Positions 22,804 through 32,923 of a stretch of DNA of 57,026 nucleotides are shown in pieces. Positions within the stretch are counted from its first letter, which is position 1; each line of letters starts with the position of its first letter. Position numbers and translations under genes: made by a program. The stretch is taken from positions 1 through 57,026 of the forward strand of contig CBDBDQ010000004.1 of the NCBI GenBank assembly GCA_965203905.1, in the 5' to 3' direction. This stretch comes from Spirochaetia bacterium. GTDB taxonomy: Bacteria > Spirochaetota > Spirochaetia > SZUA-6 > Bin103. The notes under the pieces were generated by a model. It was not told the DNA's origin. It was given only the letters and a program-made list of their open reading frames with translations, and ran no database searches.

Positions 22804-23077
22804 CTCGCGCCCCTCCTCCAGGCTTTGGAAAGAAGGCCGGTGGGGCGAATGATCCCCACCGGCTACCGAAACCCGAGAGACTCAAGGTGCCGCCCGGAAT
22901 CTGGAGGTAAGGATATCCCTACCATCATTATCGACATCTATGCAAGCAACTGCCAACAAATTCTTTTGAGAACATGAGTACAGCGTTGCGGACTGTGCTG
23001 TCAAGGATCATAATGCCCAAAAGGACCAGTAGGAGGCTCGGTTGGGTCAAAGTAAGCGGTCGAAACGCCGACAATGA

Positions 23078-23116
23078 GTGTGCACACGTTCATTGAGTGC
23101 ACAGAACGAACACAGG
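23078..23116 (+). promoter_or_regulatory. Putative parS/operator repeats (second cluster at 23724-23766)
   Basis: TGCACACGTTCAT..GTGCACAGA..GAACA(C/G) present upstream of parA and at its 3' end. Confidence 0.55.
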
Positions 23117-23129
23117 GACGGCTTCATTT

Positions 23130-23753
23130 ATGAGAACCATCGCTCTCATCAGCATGAAAGGCGGCAGCGGTAAGACCACGCTCGCACTGCATCTCGCCAC
23201 CGCCGCAGCGGAACACGGCCACAACGTTGCCGTGCTCGACCTTGACCCGCAGCAGTCAGCAGCGAAGTGGGGAGACCGGCGGACGATGCCGGTTCCCGTG
23301 GTCCTGGCTGCACCTCCCAGCCGGCTCGACCCGGAGCTGCAGCGGGTCGCCGACGCCGGCGCCGATATGGTGCTGATCGACACGCCACCGCGGGCTGGCT
23401 CCGACAACGCGGCCCTGGCCGCCGCCCGTGCGGCCGACCTGGTGGTGCTGCCGTGTCGGCCCGCCATTCTCGACCTCGAAACGGTCGCCAGCACGGCAGC
23501 CCGTGTGCACGACGTTGCCCAAGTGCCGGTCGTAGCGGTGCTGAACGGCTGTCCCAGCCAAGGGCGTACTGCCGAGGAGGCGGCCGTGGCCCTGGTTCGC
23601 CTTGGCGTAGAAGTGTGCCCGGTCCGGATCGGGCAGCGAATAGCGTTCGCGCGCTCGCTGCTCGATGGCCGTACCGCCCCTGAACTTGAGCCAGGCGGCC
23701 GCGCCGCCGACGAGACGGCACGACTGCACACGTTCATCGCGTGCACAGACTGA
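23130..23753 (+). CDS. parA: ParA (type Ib) partition ATPase
   Basis: KGGSGKTT, DLDPQQS, IDTPP, ADLVVLP. Confidence 0.95.
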   Translation: MRTIALISMKGGSGKTTLALHLATAAAEHGHNVAVLDLDPQQSAAKWGDRRTMPVPVVLAAPPSRLDPELQRVADAGADMVLIDTPPRAGSDNAALAAARAADLVVLPCRPAILDLETVASTAARVHDVAQVPVVAVLNGCPSQGRTAEEAAVALVRLGVEVCPVRIGQRIAFARSLLDGRTAPELEPGGRAADETARLHTFIACTD

Positions 23754-23774
23754 ACAGGTGAACAGGCGAACTCT

Positions 23775-24008
23775 ATGAACAACAGCTTCGCAGATGCGTT
23801 GAGAGGGGACAGCAGCAGCTCGACGCCGCGCCGGCGCCCGGGGGCGGTGTCCCGCCAGGGCCGCAAGCACGTCGGCGCCTACGTGGATCCGGCCGTGGCG
23901 CGCCAACTCCGGGTGATCGCCGCCGCGGAGGACACCAGCACCCAGGCGCTGATCGAGGAAGCCATCGAGATGCTGTTCCAGTCTCGGAAGCACGGTCCGC
24001 GCACCTGA
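23775..24008 (+). CDS. Ribbon-helix-helix centromere-binding partner (ParG-like)
   Basis: KHVGAYVDPAVARQLRVIAA...QALIEEAIEMLF directly after parA. Confidence 0.8.
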   Translation: MNNSFADALRGDSSSSTPRRRPGAVSRQGRKHVGAYVDPAVARQLRVIAAAEDTSTQALIEEAIEMLFQSRKHGPRT

Positions 24009-24281
24009 GCTGCCCCAGGGTGAATGCTCCTGAAGGGGCACGATGATGCGTTACCGCGTGAGGACGTTCCTGCGGCTGTGGCGCTGGCGCCGAGACCTGG
24101 CGTGGCGGCGCGCACTGATACTGGACACCCTCCGTGGACGCCTGGAGATCCGGGCGCCTGCCGGCTCCTTCGGGCTGGAGCAACCGCCGGCGCGGCGATT
24201 TTCCCGCCTGATCGTTGTGCCTGGCGTATGTGTCGTCCGCTGGGCAAGCAGCCGAAAATAAGTGGTAGAGGGTACTGACTT

Positions 24282-25553
24282 ATGAGGATCACGACACGTG
24301 GCGGCGCTCGGGCCGTGGTGGGGCTGCTGCTGGTGGCGGCGCTGCTGCTGATCGGTTGCGAGGAAGCCGTGGAGCCGGGAGAAGCGCCTGGAAAGGTGAG
24401 CAACCCCAGCCCGCGCCACAACGCCACCGACGTAAGCCAGGATACCGACCTGAAATGGGCGGAGGCTTCCGATGCGACCAGCTACCGCGTGTACTTCGGT
24501 ACCGACCCCTCGCCTGATGGTGGCGAGTTCAAGCGCGAGCAGGAAGGGACCACATACGATCCGGGGCCGCTGGAACCCAGCACGACCTACTACTGGCGAG
24601 TCGATTCCGAAAACGACGACGGTAGGACCACCGGGAACGTCTGGAAGTTCAAGACGGCTGGCAGTGACATACCAACCGACCCAAACCCGGCGCATGAAGC
24701 AACCGGCGTCGCTCCCAACACGGACCTCGAATGGGCCGCGGCCGCGGGCGCGACCAGTTACCTGGTGTACTTCGGCACCGACTCTACGCCCGACAGGACT
24801 GAGTTGCTAGACGACCGGGTAGATGGGACCACATTCGATCCGGGGCCACTGGACTACAACACGATCTACTACTGGCGGGTCGACTCCCAGAACGAGGGCG
24901 GTACGGTCAGAGGCGACGTGTGGAAGTTCACAACCGTGTCACGGCCACTTCCCAAGCCGGAGAAGGCCGCCACGCCAACGCCGGCTCATGAAGCAACCGA
25001 AGTGAGCCGCAATACCAGTCTCAGGTGGGCTGCAACCTTCAGCGCGACCAGCTACCTGGTGTACTTCGGCACCGTCGCATCGCCTGGTCACGACGAGTGG
25101 CAAGGAGAGCAGTCGGGTACCACCTTCGATCCACCAAACCTGTTGGAGTACGACACCCGCTACTGCTGGCGCGTCGACACCAAGAACGATGACGGCACGA
25201 CCACCGGGGACGTGTGGTGCTTCACCACCGAGGTAGAGCCGGCGCCGAAGGTGACCAACCCACGGCCCGCCGACGGAGTCAAGAACGTAGGCCGATTGGA
25301 TGACCTCGAATGGGATCCCGCTCCCGGCGCGACGGGCTACGTTGTGTACTTCGGCACCAACCCGTCTCCTGGGATCAACGAGAGGCAGCCTGAGCAGCAG
25401 ACACACACCACATTCGATGTGACCTTGGCCTACAACACCACCTACTACTGGCGGATCGACTCCAAGAGAGACGGCCAACTGACCGTAGGAGACGTGTGGT
25501 CGTTCACGACCGCGCAGCCCCCGACGACCGGAGCCTTGGTCACCGGGGAATGA
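24282..25553 (+). CDS. Lipoprotein with four tandem FN3-like repeats
   Basis: Lipobox LIGC; 4x P.P..A..V....L.W....ATSY.VYFGT...YYWRVD...GDVW.FTT. Confidence 0.85.
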   Translation: MRITTRGGARAVVGLLLVAALLLIGCEEAVEPGEAPGKVSNPSPRHNATDVSQDTDLKWAEASDATSYRVYFGTDPSPDGGEFKREQEGTTYDPGPLEPSTTYYWRVDSENDDGRTTGNVWKFKTAGSDIPTDPNPAHEATGVAPNTDLEWAAAAGATSYLVYFGTDSTPDRTELLDDRVDGTTFDPGPLDYNTIYYWRVDSQNEGGTVRGDVWKFTTVSRPLPKPEKAATPTPAHEATEVSRNTSLRWAATFSATSYLVYFGTVASPGHDEWQGEQSGTTFDPPNLLEYDTRYCWRVDTKNDDGTTTGDVWCFTTEVEPAPKVTNPRPADGVKNVGRLDDLEWDPAPGATGYVVYFGTNPSPGINERQPEQQTHTTFDVTLAYNTTYYWRIDSKRDGQLTVGDVWSFTTAQPPTTGALVTGE

Positions 25554-25625
25554 GGAGGTCATGGCCAAGACAGCGGCCCTTGCGTGTGGTGGAGTAGGAC
25601 AACCCGCATTGTCATAACGCACTCA

Positions 25626-26994
25626 CTCCCAATGAGGCCCGCTCGAAATCAAGCGGGAGAACGCTGGTGAACCGCGAAATCTGCCTACCGATGACCGGGA
25701 GCGCTTCAATGTGGTCGCTCCGATGGGAACGGAAACGGTAGCGCCACCCTCTACGGTCTTTGCGGGTCGCACTCCTGCAGCTTCAATGTGGCCCGCTCCG
25801 GAAACGGGAAACTCCGATGCCGCACGTGCATCGTCTCTCTACTCCCGACACCGCTTCAATGAGGCCCGCTCCCGTTCGAGCGGGAACATGCAGGTCGGCG
25901 TCGAAGCTCGCGTATGATTCTCTGCAGGCTTCAATGAGGCCGCTCCGCTCCGAAGCGGGAACACCCCGGTCGGAGCGGGAGAACACATTTGATTATTAAC
26001 CGGCACCGGCTCACCCTGTCGCACTTCAATGAGGCCGCCCGGAGCGAGCGGGAAATCCATGCTGCCACGATGCAAGATCATCCTCGCTTCAATGAGGCCC
26101 GCCCTGATCGGACGGGGACACCGGCACGACGCTTCCGCAATACTGTGACACAGCAGACTTCGATGCGGCCCGCTTCCGTTCGAGCGGAAAAGGAATCCGG
26201 CTCGGTAACGCCGTGAAGATTCATTCGTTACCTCGCTTCAATGAGGCCCGCCCCCTTATCATCGGGCGGGAAACATCGAACTTGATGCGCACACCGAGAC
26301 CAAGACTCCGCTTTAATGAGGCCCGCCCCTGATCGGGCGGGAAACCAACTTTCAATTCCGAGGTTCCGGTGGCCAGTGAGATGCGGCTTCAATGAGGCCC
26401 GCCCTGATCGGACGGGAACTACTCCGAAATATCGAACTCACGCCGTCATTCCTCTGCTTCAATGAGGCCCGCCCCTGATCGGACGGGAAACGCGACCGAA
26501 CCGGCCCGAGAACCTGACCGCGGTAGGCGGGCTTCAATGAGGCCCGCCCCTGATCGGGCGGGAAACCCCGCGAGCTTTGCTACGAATAGCGCGTCGGCTA
26601 CTGTGCTTCAATGAGGCCGCCCTGATCGGACGGGAAACCTGTGGCCATCGGTCGTGCTCCGCTCCGTGGCAGGGTGCTTCAATGAGGCCGCCCTGATCGG
26701 ACGGGAAACCTGGCGCGTCCAGCCCCAGCAGCCGCGCCTGCCGCTCGCTTCAATGAGGCCGCCCTGATCGGACGGGAAACCTGGCCGTGGCCACGGCGAT
26801 CTCTATCGGATAGTGCCGCTTCAATGAGGCCGCCCTGATCGGACGGGAAACCTGCCTCCAACAAGGCACCTGAAACGTATGATGCGGTGCTTCAATGAGG
26901 CCGCCCTGATCGGACGGGAAACCTACAAGGGCGGGCGCGACATCGAAGTAATGAACAAGCTTCAATGAGGCCGCCCTGATCGGACGGGAAACCT
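25626..26994 (-). CRISPR. Type I-G CRISPR array, 19 repeats/18 spacers, leader at 26995-27167
   Basis: Repeat (+) GCTTCAATGAGGCC(C)GCCC(C)TGATCGGACGGGAAAC, about 71-bp period; conserved near 26994 and increasingly degenerate toward 25626; ATTGAAGC 3' end on minus strand. Confidence 0.97.
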
Positions 26995-27167
26995 ATACCG
27001 CTACAGAATACTGGCACGGCAGGCACTTACGCCACCCGTTGCGAGCGCTGTTCCAAGCTGCCCTGAACAGAAGCGATAGATCGGCGCATTTGGCCGCGCA
27101 GCACTGGAGCGCTCGCACCATGTTGGCAAACTCACCAGGCACCGCCCCGCTGCCGATCATGTAGACG

Positions 27168-28385
27168 ATGCTTCTTCCTGCACTGAAAACCGCCATCGCC
27201 GATCACGCCGCGATCCGCCGGTGCCGGCGCCTGCAGCCGGCCGGCGGGGTAGGGGACAAGCTGTTTCCTCCCACCTACCCCGCTGACCGCGAAGGCCCGC
27301 CGCGCCACGTGTTCGAGCGCCGCCGCGTCGACGATCGAGAGCTCTGGTGCGTGCTGCTCGACAGCGTACAGAGCCAGGCGAACCGCATGGAGGAAGCGCT
27401 GCTGGCGGCGGCCTCCGATGAGGCGATTCCGCTGCCCTACGTCGTGGTCGACTTCCGCGACGCGGACCTACAGCCACTGGTCCAGATCACCTCCCTGGAC
27501 GCGCCGCACCGCGTCTACGACGCCATAATCCGCGACAGCCTGCTGAATGCCGAGCCGTTCATGGAGAGCGAACCGGGCCGGCGTCTCGCCGCGGCCACGC
27601 CGGCGGACGCCACCGCGCTGCTGGAGATCTCGCCGGCGGCGCTGCTGTTCGGCGCGTGGCACAGCCAGGGCGAAGGCGGCGGGCTGGGAGCCAAGTTTCC
27701 GCGCGCGCTGGTGTCGGAGATCATGGGCATCGACACCCCGGTCGAGGAAGTGGTACGCGACCGGCGCACCAACCGAACCGAGCCGCAAACCGCGGGCCGG
27801 CGCACCGGCAGCCGCATCGACCCGCTCGGCGTCCTGCGCAAGGTCGACGTGTACAAGGGCCCCGCCGCGGCCTGGAGCACCGACCAGAAGAAAGCGGGGA
27901 AGGGTGCCAAGAAAGTGCGGCCCTCGGAGATCAACCACGGCAACATCACGCCCACCGTCACGCCCCTCGGCGTCACCTGCGCCTACGCCGAGCACCGCGC
28001 CGTGCTGACGCTGGCGGGTCTCCGGCGGCTGCGCTTCGGCAGCGACGAGCGGAACGCCGCCGGCCGCGCACTGCTGGCCGCGCTCGGGCTGGTCGCGCTC
28101 ACCGAGCAGGATGCGCGCGGGTACGCGCTGCGCTCCCGCTGCGACCTGGTGTGCGACGGCGCCGCGGAGCTGGAGCTGGTGCACGCCGATGGCGCGACCG
28201 AGCATGTCGAGATCGACCGCGCGGCGGCGCACGCGCTGTACCAGGCAGCGTATGCCGGCGCCGAGCAGGCGGGCTTCCAGTTCGGCGTCACCGCGCTGCA
28301 GCCGCAACCCAAGCTGATCGAGATCGTCCGGCGCAGCCGCGAGCTGGCGCTGGAAGGCGAGGGACGCGACGACCAGGACGAGTGA
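27168..28385 (+). CDS. csb1: Type I-G Cas7 (Csb1)
   Basis: KLFPPTY, LLDSVQSQANRMEEAL, APHRVYDA, LLFGAWHS, HGNITP, LRSRCDL. Confidence 0.93.
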   Translation: MLLPALKTAIADHAAIRRCRRLQPAGGVGDKLFPPTYPADREGPPRHVFERRRVDDRELWCVLLDSVQSQANRMEEALLAAASDEAIPLPYVVVDFRDADLQPLVQITSLDAPHRVYDAIIRDSLLNAEPFMESEPGRRLAAATPADATALLEISPAALLFGAWHSQGEGGGLGAKFPRALVSEIMGIDTPVEEVVRDRRTNRTEPQTAGRRTGSRIDPLGVLRKVDVYKGPAAAWSTDQKKAGKGAKKVRPSEINHGNITPTVTPLGVTCAYAEHRAVLTLAGLRRLRFGSDERNAAGRALLAALGLVALTEQDARGYALRSRCDLVCDGAAELELVHADGATEHVEIDRAAAHALYQAAYAGAEQAGFQFGVTALQPQPKLIEIVRRSRELALEGEGRDDQDE

Positions 28386-29830
28386 GCCTCGTCCTCGAAA
28401 TCGAGTTCCTCACGGGCGTGTGCCGCGCTGCGCACAGCCCGGCGAGCAACGCTCCCGACTGGCCCTTGCAACCGGACCGGGTGTTCTCGGGGCTGGTGTC
28501 GGCGTGGGCGGCACGTGGGGAGCAGGGCAGGGAGCGCCAGGCGCTGGAGTGGCTCGAAGCACAGGGCGCCCCGACCGTTCATGCCGGCGGGCACACGGCG
28601 CGCACCGCCCCCGACGTGTTCGTGCCGCCGAACGACCAGCGTTCCTCCACGGTCATGCAGACCTACCTCAAGATCATGCCGGCCTCGCGGCCGCGGCAGC
28701 CGCGGCGGTTCCCGGTAGCGCGGCTCGATGATCCGGTGATGGCCCTGATGTGGCCGGCAGATCCGGCACCGAAGCTGCTGACAGCGCTGGACGCGCTGGC
28801 GCGCGACGTGAGCTACCTCGGCCACTCGGCGAGCCTGGTGCGGTGCCGGTTTTCGAGGCACCGATCGCCGGCGACGGATGCGCACCCTGCCGCGGCCGCC
28901 CGGCGCCAGGTCTACCCCGGCCGCCTGCAGGAACTGCGGCGCGCCCACCGCCTCAACCCGGCGCGTCCGGTGATTCTCCCAGGCGCCACCGTGCTGGCCG
29001 CGCCGGCGCCCGCTCCGGCCCCGCGGGACGCCGGCTGGCTGGTCCTCGAGGTGATCGGCGGCATCGCGCCCGACATCCGCGCGGCCGCGCTGGTGGGGCG
29101 CATGCTGCGGCGCGCCCTGATGAGCGGCTACCGCGGCATCGGCATGGCCGACCAGATCCCCGAGGTCGTGTCCGGACACACCGCTGACCGCAAGCCCGCC
29201 CGCGCGCCGCACCTGGCGATCGTGCCGCTGGCGTTCGCCGGCTTCCCCCACGCTGACGGCCGGCTGTTCGGCTTCGCCCTGATCCCCGCGCCACAGATGC
29301 CCCTGCGCGAGGTACCGGGGCTGCAGGCCGCGTTCGAGAAGATCGCGCCGTATGACCGTGGCATCGAGCGGCGGGTGCTGAAGCTGAAGTGCCTGCCGCA
29401 GCACCAGCCGCTGCAGCTCGCGCCCGCCGGCGTGCCGACCAAGCGCTCACTCGATCCGGACCCGTACCTGCAGCCGGCCCGGACCTGGGCCAGCGTGACG
29501 CCGATCGTGCTCGACCGCCACCTCAAGCGCTACGACGAGGGCAGGATCCGCGAGATCATCGCCACCTCCTGCACCAACGTCGGGCTGCCGCGGCCCGATC
29601 CGGATCGCATTCACGTGGGCAAGCACTCGGCGGTAGAGGGCGCACCGCCGGCGTGGCCGCGCCCGGGCGCGCCGCCGTGGACCGCCTGGCGCGTGCCCGG
29701 GCCGCTGGCCACTCGCTCGCTGACCCACGCCGCGATCGACTTCGAGCAGGAGGTAGCCGGCCCCGTGCTGCTCGGTGCGGGCCGCTTCACCGGACTCGGC
29801 CTGTGCCGCCGCCTCGGCGAGGACCACTGA
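28382..29830 (+). CDS. csb2: Type I-G Cas5/6 fusion (Csb2)
   Basis: GTG overlap with csb1 stop; DWPLQPDRVFSGLV, YLGHSASLV, WASVTPIVL, GPVLLGAGRFTGLGLC. Confidence 0.92.
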   Translation: MSLVLEIEFLTGVCRAAHSPASNAPDWPLQPDRVFSGLVSAWAARGEQGRERQALEWLEAQGAPTVHAGGHTARTAPDVFVPPNDQRSSTVMQTYLKIMPASRPRQPRRFPVARLDDPVMALMWPADPAPKLLTALDALARDVSYLGHSASLVRCRFSRHRSPATDAHPAAAARRQVYPGRLQELRRAHRLNPARPVILPGATVLAAPAPAPAPRDAGWLVLEVIGGIAPDIRAAALVGRMLRRALMSGYRGIGMADQIPEVVSGHTADRKPARAPHLAIVPLAFAGFPHADGRLFGFALIPAPQMPLREVPGLQAAFEKIAPYDRGIERRVLKLKCLPQHQPLQLAPAGVPTKRSLDPDPYLQPARTWASVTPIVLDRHLKRYDEGRIREIIATSCTNVGLPRPDPDRIHVGKHSAVEGAPPAWPRPGAPPWTAWRVPGPLATRSLTHAAIDFEQEVAGPVLLGAGRFTGLGLCRRLGEDH

Positions 29831-29833
29831 GAA

Positions 29834-32677
29834 ATGGCGGCGCTGACGCCGGCGGACTTCGCCAAATTCTTCACCGCCATTCACGGCGACCCGCCGTTCC
29901 CCTGGCAGCAGCGGCTCGTCGAGCAGCTCGCGTGCGAGCACCGCTGGCCGGACGTGCTGGACCTGCCTACCGGCACCGGCAAGACGGCCGCGCTCGATGC
30001 CGCCGTGTTCCACCTGGCGCTGCAGCAGGCGGTCATGCCCCGGCGCGCAGCGCTCCGGATCGTCCTGGTCGTGGACCGGCGCCTGGTGGTCGACGACGCC
30101 TACCACCGCGCCCGCAAGATCGCCTGCGCCCTGGCCGACCGATCGCGGGCGAAGACCGGCCGCTCCGTGGTCGGCGAGGTCGCGCGTCGGCTGCAGCGCC
30201 TCGCCGGCGATGATGCGCGACGGCCGCTGGAGGCGGTGCGGCGGCTGCGCGGCGGGGCACCGCTGGAGGACGACTGGGCGCGCACTCCGACGCAGCCCAC
30301 CATCCTCTGCTCCACCGTCGACCAGGTGGGCTCCCGGCTCCTGTTCCGCGGCTACGGCGTCTCGGACCGCATGAAGCCGGTGCACGCCGGGCTGCTGGGC
30401 GACGACACCCTGATCCTGCTCGACGAGGCGCACCTGTCACAGCCCTTCCAGGAAACGCTGGAGGCGCTGCGCGAGCTCGACAACGCGAAGGTCACCACCG
30501 TGGTGCTGACCGCCACGCCCGGCAGCGACTACGAACGGCCCTTTCGGCTGAACCAGGAGGACCGCAAACACACGGTGCTGCGGCCCCGTATCGAGGCTGC
30601 CAAGCCGGCCAAGCTGCTGAAGCCGATCCGCAGTCCGGATCCTGCCGGCGCGTTCACGAGCGCGGCGCGCGCCCAGGCGGAGCGGCTGCACCGCGCCGGC
30701 GTGGCTGCACCTGCAGTCGGCGTGGTGGTCAACCGGGTCGACCTGGCGCGCGCGATCTTCACCAGGCTGGCCGCAACCGAGGACGCGCCGTTCGACTGTC
30801 TCCTGCTGATCGGCCGCTCGCGCGACGTCGACCGCGACCAGGCCGAGGCCCGGTTGGCGCCCTTCCGGACCGGCGCCGAGGGGAGGGAAGACGCCAGGCC
30901 GCTGATGGTGGTCGCCACCCAGTGCCTGGAGGTGGGCGTCGACCTCGACCTGGACGCGCTGGTGACGCAGGCCGCTTCGCTCGATGCGCTGCGCCAGCGC
31001 TTCGGGCGCCTCAATCGCGCCGGGCGACCCATCCCGGCTGCCGGGGCGATCCTGGTCACGACCGAGAGCCTGGCGAAGAAGGCCGACGATCCGGTCTACC
31101 GCGACCGGATCCGCGAAACCTGGGAAAAACTCACCGCGATCGCCGACAAGGAGGGGCGCGTAGACTTCGCCTCGAAGGCGCTCGACCGGCGGCTGCGCAA
31201 GGTCGACGTGGCCAAGCTCGCCGCCCCGCGCGCCGACGCCCCGGTGCTGATGCCCGCCTACCTCGACCTGTGGGCGCAGACCTCACCGCCGCCGGCCGCG
31301 GATCCGGAAGTCGGGCTGTTCCTGTACGGCGCCGAGCAGGCGGCTCCGGAAGTCTCGGTGGTGTGGCGCAGCGACATCACCAGCGCCGACCTGGCCGCCG
31401 GCGCCGAGGACAAACTCAAGGCGATCCTGGAGCTGGTACGGCCGCGCAGCGCGGAGATGATCGACGTGCCGATCTGGGCCGCGGAGGCGTGGCTGCGGCG
31501 CTGGAACACCGCGCGCGCCGCCGGCGTCGCCGATGTGCATGAGCGTAGCGTCGAGGACCTCGAGGTGGAGCAGAGCGAGACAAACCGCCTGGCGTTTCGC
31601 TGGGCCGGTGCCGACGACCCGCGCACCGGGCTGGTCCGCCACTCGGAGCTGCGCCCCGGAGACGTGCTGGTGGTACCCGCGGACTACGGCGGCTGCGATG
31701 ACTACGGATGGGCGCCGGTGGAGCGGGATCCCGTGGCGGACGTGGCCGACGATGCGGCGTGGCCCTACCGCGGCCGCCGGCTCGCGGTGCGGGTGACGCC
31801 CGACGTGGCGCACTGGGACCGGCTCGCGGCCGTGCTGTCGAGATCCGACGAGGATCCCGACATCGAGGAGCTGCTCGCCGCGCTGCCGGACGTGGCCGAC
31901 GAGGATCCGCCCGCGGACGGCCGCCGACGGCGTGACGTGCGTCGCCAGCTCGAAGTACTCGGCCAGGCCCGGCGGGTCGAGACCCATCGCCCGTATGGGC
32001 CGCAGCCGGACCGCGGCATCATCCTGGTCGCGCCGCGCGGGCTCGCTGGTGAGCGTGGCGCGCTGCCGGTCACCGAGGACGACTCGGCTGCGCACACGGC
32101 AGGCGAGCCGATCGCCTTGGACAAGCACACCGCCGACGTCGCTGGCTACGTCGATCGCTTCGCCACGACGCTCGGGCTCGCACCGCCGATCGCCGCCGAC
32201 CTGCACCTCGCCGCGCTGCTGCACGACGCCGGCAAGGCGGATCCACGGTTCCAGCTTTTCCTCGCCGGCGCTGACCGGTGGAACCGTCCCGATGGCGCGC
32301 CCCTGGCCAAGAGCGGCCGCTCCTTGCCACGCGGCGCCTGGGAGCGGGCCGAGCTGCCCAGGGGCTGGCGTCACGAGGCGCTGTCGGTGCGCCTGGCCAC
32401 GACCGATGCGCGCTTCGCGGACGCCCATGACCCACACCTGGTGCTGTGGCTGATCGGCACCCACCACGGGCTCGGCCGGCCGTTCTTCGGCTTCGCCGAC
32501 CCCCAGGACGGCAACCAGGGGCCGCAGTCGCCCGCCTTCGACCTCGACGGCCTCGACTGGGCGTCCCTGTTCGACAGGCTCAAGCGGCGCTACGGTATCT
32601 GGGGCCTGGCGCGGCTGGAGGCAATCCTGCGTCTCGCCGATCACCGGGCATCCGAAGCGGAGCAATCGCCCGCATAG
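29834..32677 (+). CDS. cas3: Type I-G Cas3 helicase with C-terminal HD nuclease
   Basis: PTGTGKT, DEAH, TAT, QRFGRLNR; C-terminal HDAGK, RHE, THHG, LADHRAS. Confidence 0.96.
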   Translation: MAALTPADFAKFFTAIHGDPPFPWQQRLVEQLACEHRWPDVLDLPTGTGKTAALDAAVFHLALQQAVMPRRAALRIVLVVDRRLVVDDAYHRARKIACALADRSRAKTGRSVVGEVARRLQRLAGDDARRPLEAVRRLRGGAPLEDDWARTPTQPTILCSTVDQVGSRLLFRGYGVSDRMKPVHAGLLGDDTLILLDEAHLSQPFQETLEALRELDNAKVTTVVLTATPGSDYERPFRLNQEDRKHTVLRPRIEAAKPAKLLKPIRSPDPAGAFTSAARAQAERLHRAGVAAPAVGVVVNRVDLARAIFTRLAATEDAPFDCLLLIGRSRDVDRDQAEARLAPFRTGAEGREDARPLMVVATQCLEVGVDLDLDALVTQAASLDALRQRFGRLNRAGRPIPAAGAILVTTESLAKKADDPVYRDRIRETWEKLTAIADKEGRVDFASKALDRRLRKVDVAKLAAPRADAPVLMPAYLDLWAQTSPPPAADPEVGLFLYGAEQAAPEVSVVWRSDITSADLAAGAEDKLKAILELVRPRSAEMIDVPIWAAEAWLRRWNTARAAGVADVHERSVEDLEVEQSETNRLAFRWAGADDPRTGLVRHSELRPGDVLVVPADYGGCDDYGWAPVERDPVADVADDAAWPYRGRRLAVRVTPDVAHWDRLAAVLSRSDEDPDIEELLAALPDVADEDPPADGRRRRDVRRQLEVLGQARRVETHRPYGPQPDRGIILVAPRGLAGERGALPVTEDDSAAHTAGEPIALDKHTADVAGYVDRFATTLGLAPPIAADLHLAALLHDAGKADPRFQLFLAGADRWNRPDGAPLAKSGRSLPRGAWERAELPRGWRHEALSVRLATTDARFADAHDPHLVLWLIGTHHGLGRPFFGFADPQDGNQGPQSPAFDLDGLDWASLFDRLKRRYGIWGLARLEAILRLADHRASEAEQSPA

Positions 32678-32689
32678 AGGTGGAGGACA

Positions 32690-32923
32690 GTGCCAAGGAC
32701 GACTTTCTGGGATGACGTGCGAGATCTGGTGGACCAGGGAATGATCCCGCGCGTCTGGTCGCGCTTTCACTTGAGGCGGCGGCTGCGGGGCAAGTACAAG
32801 GCGAGCACCATCAAAACCTACCCATCGCACTACTGCGAAAAAACTGGGAGCTACGTCAGGAAGCGAGGTGCGAAGCCCAGGGTGCGCCGCCGGTACCCCG
32901 GTCGCTATGAACTCATCGAATAG
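32690..32923 (+). CDS. Small basic protein inside cas operon (possible winged-helix DNA binder)
   Basis: GGAGG RBS, overlaps cas8 start, ends RVRRRYPGRYELI. Confidence 0.6.
   Translation: MPRTTFWDDVRDLVDQGMIPRVWSRFHLRRRLRGKYKASTIKTYPSHYCEKTGSYVRKRGAKPRVRRRYPGRYELIE

Noticed and set aside
23081-23093. Array-2 seed ATGAACATGCAG vs parA operator ATGAACGTGTGCA (minus strand)
   Set aside because: Only 8/12 identity or needs a bulge; no TTN PAM
25166-25177. Mini-array guide matches CTGGCGCGTCGA in the FN3-like lipoprotein gene
   Set aside because: First three seed positions mismatch; explained by WRVD codons in GC-rich DNA
25711-26965. Short ORFs over the array and long antisense ORFs elsewhere (e.g. 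31283-33178, 27983-29404, 1316-2314)
   Set aside because: Shadow ORFs of high-GC sequence overlapping repeats or real genes
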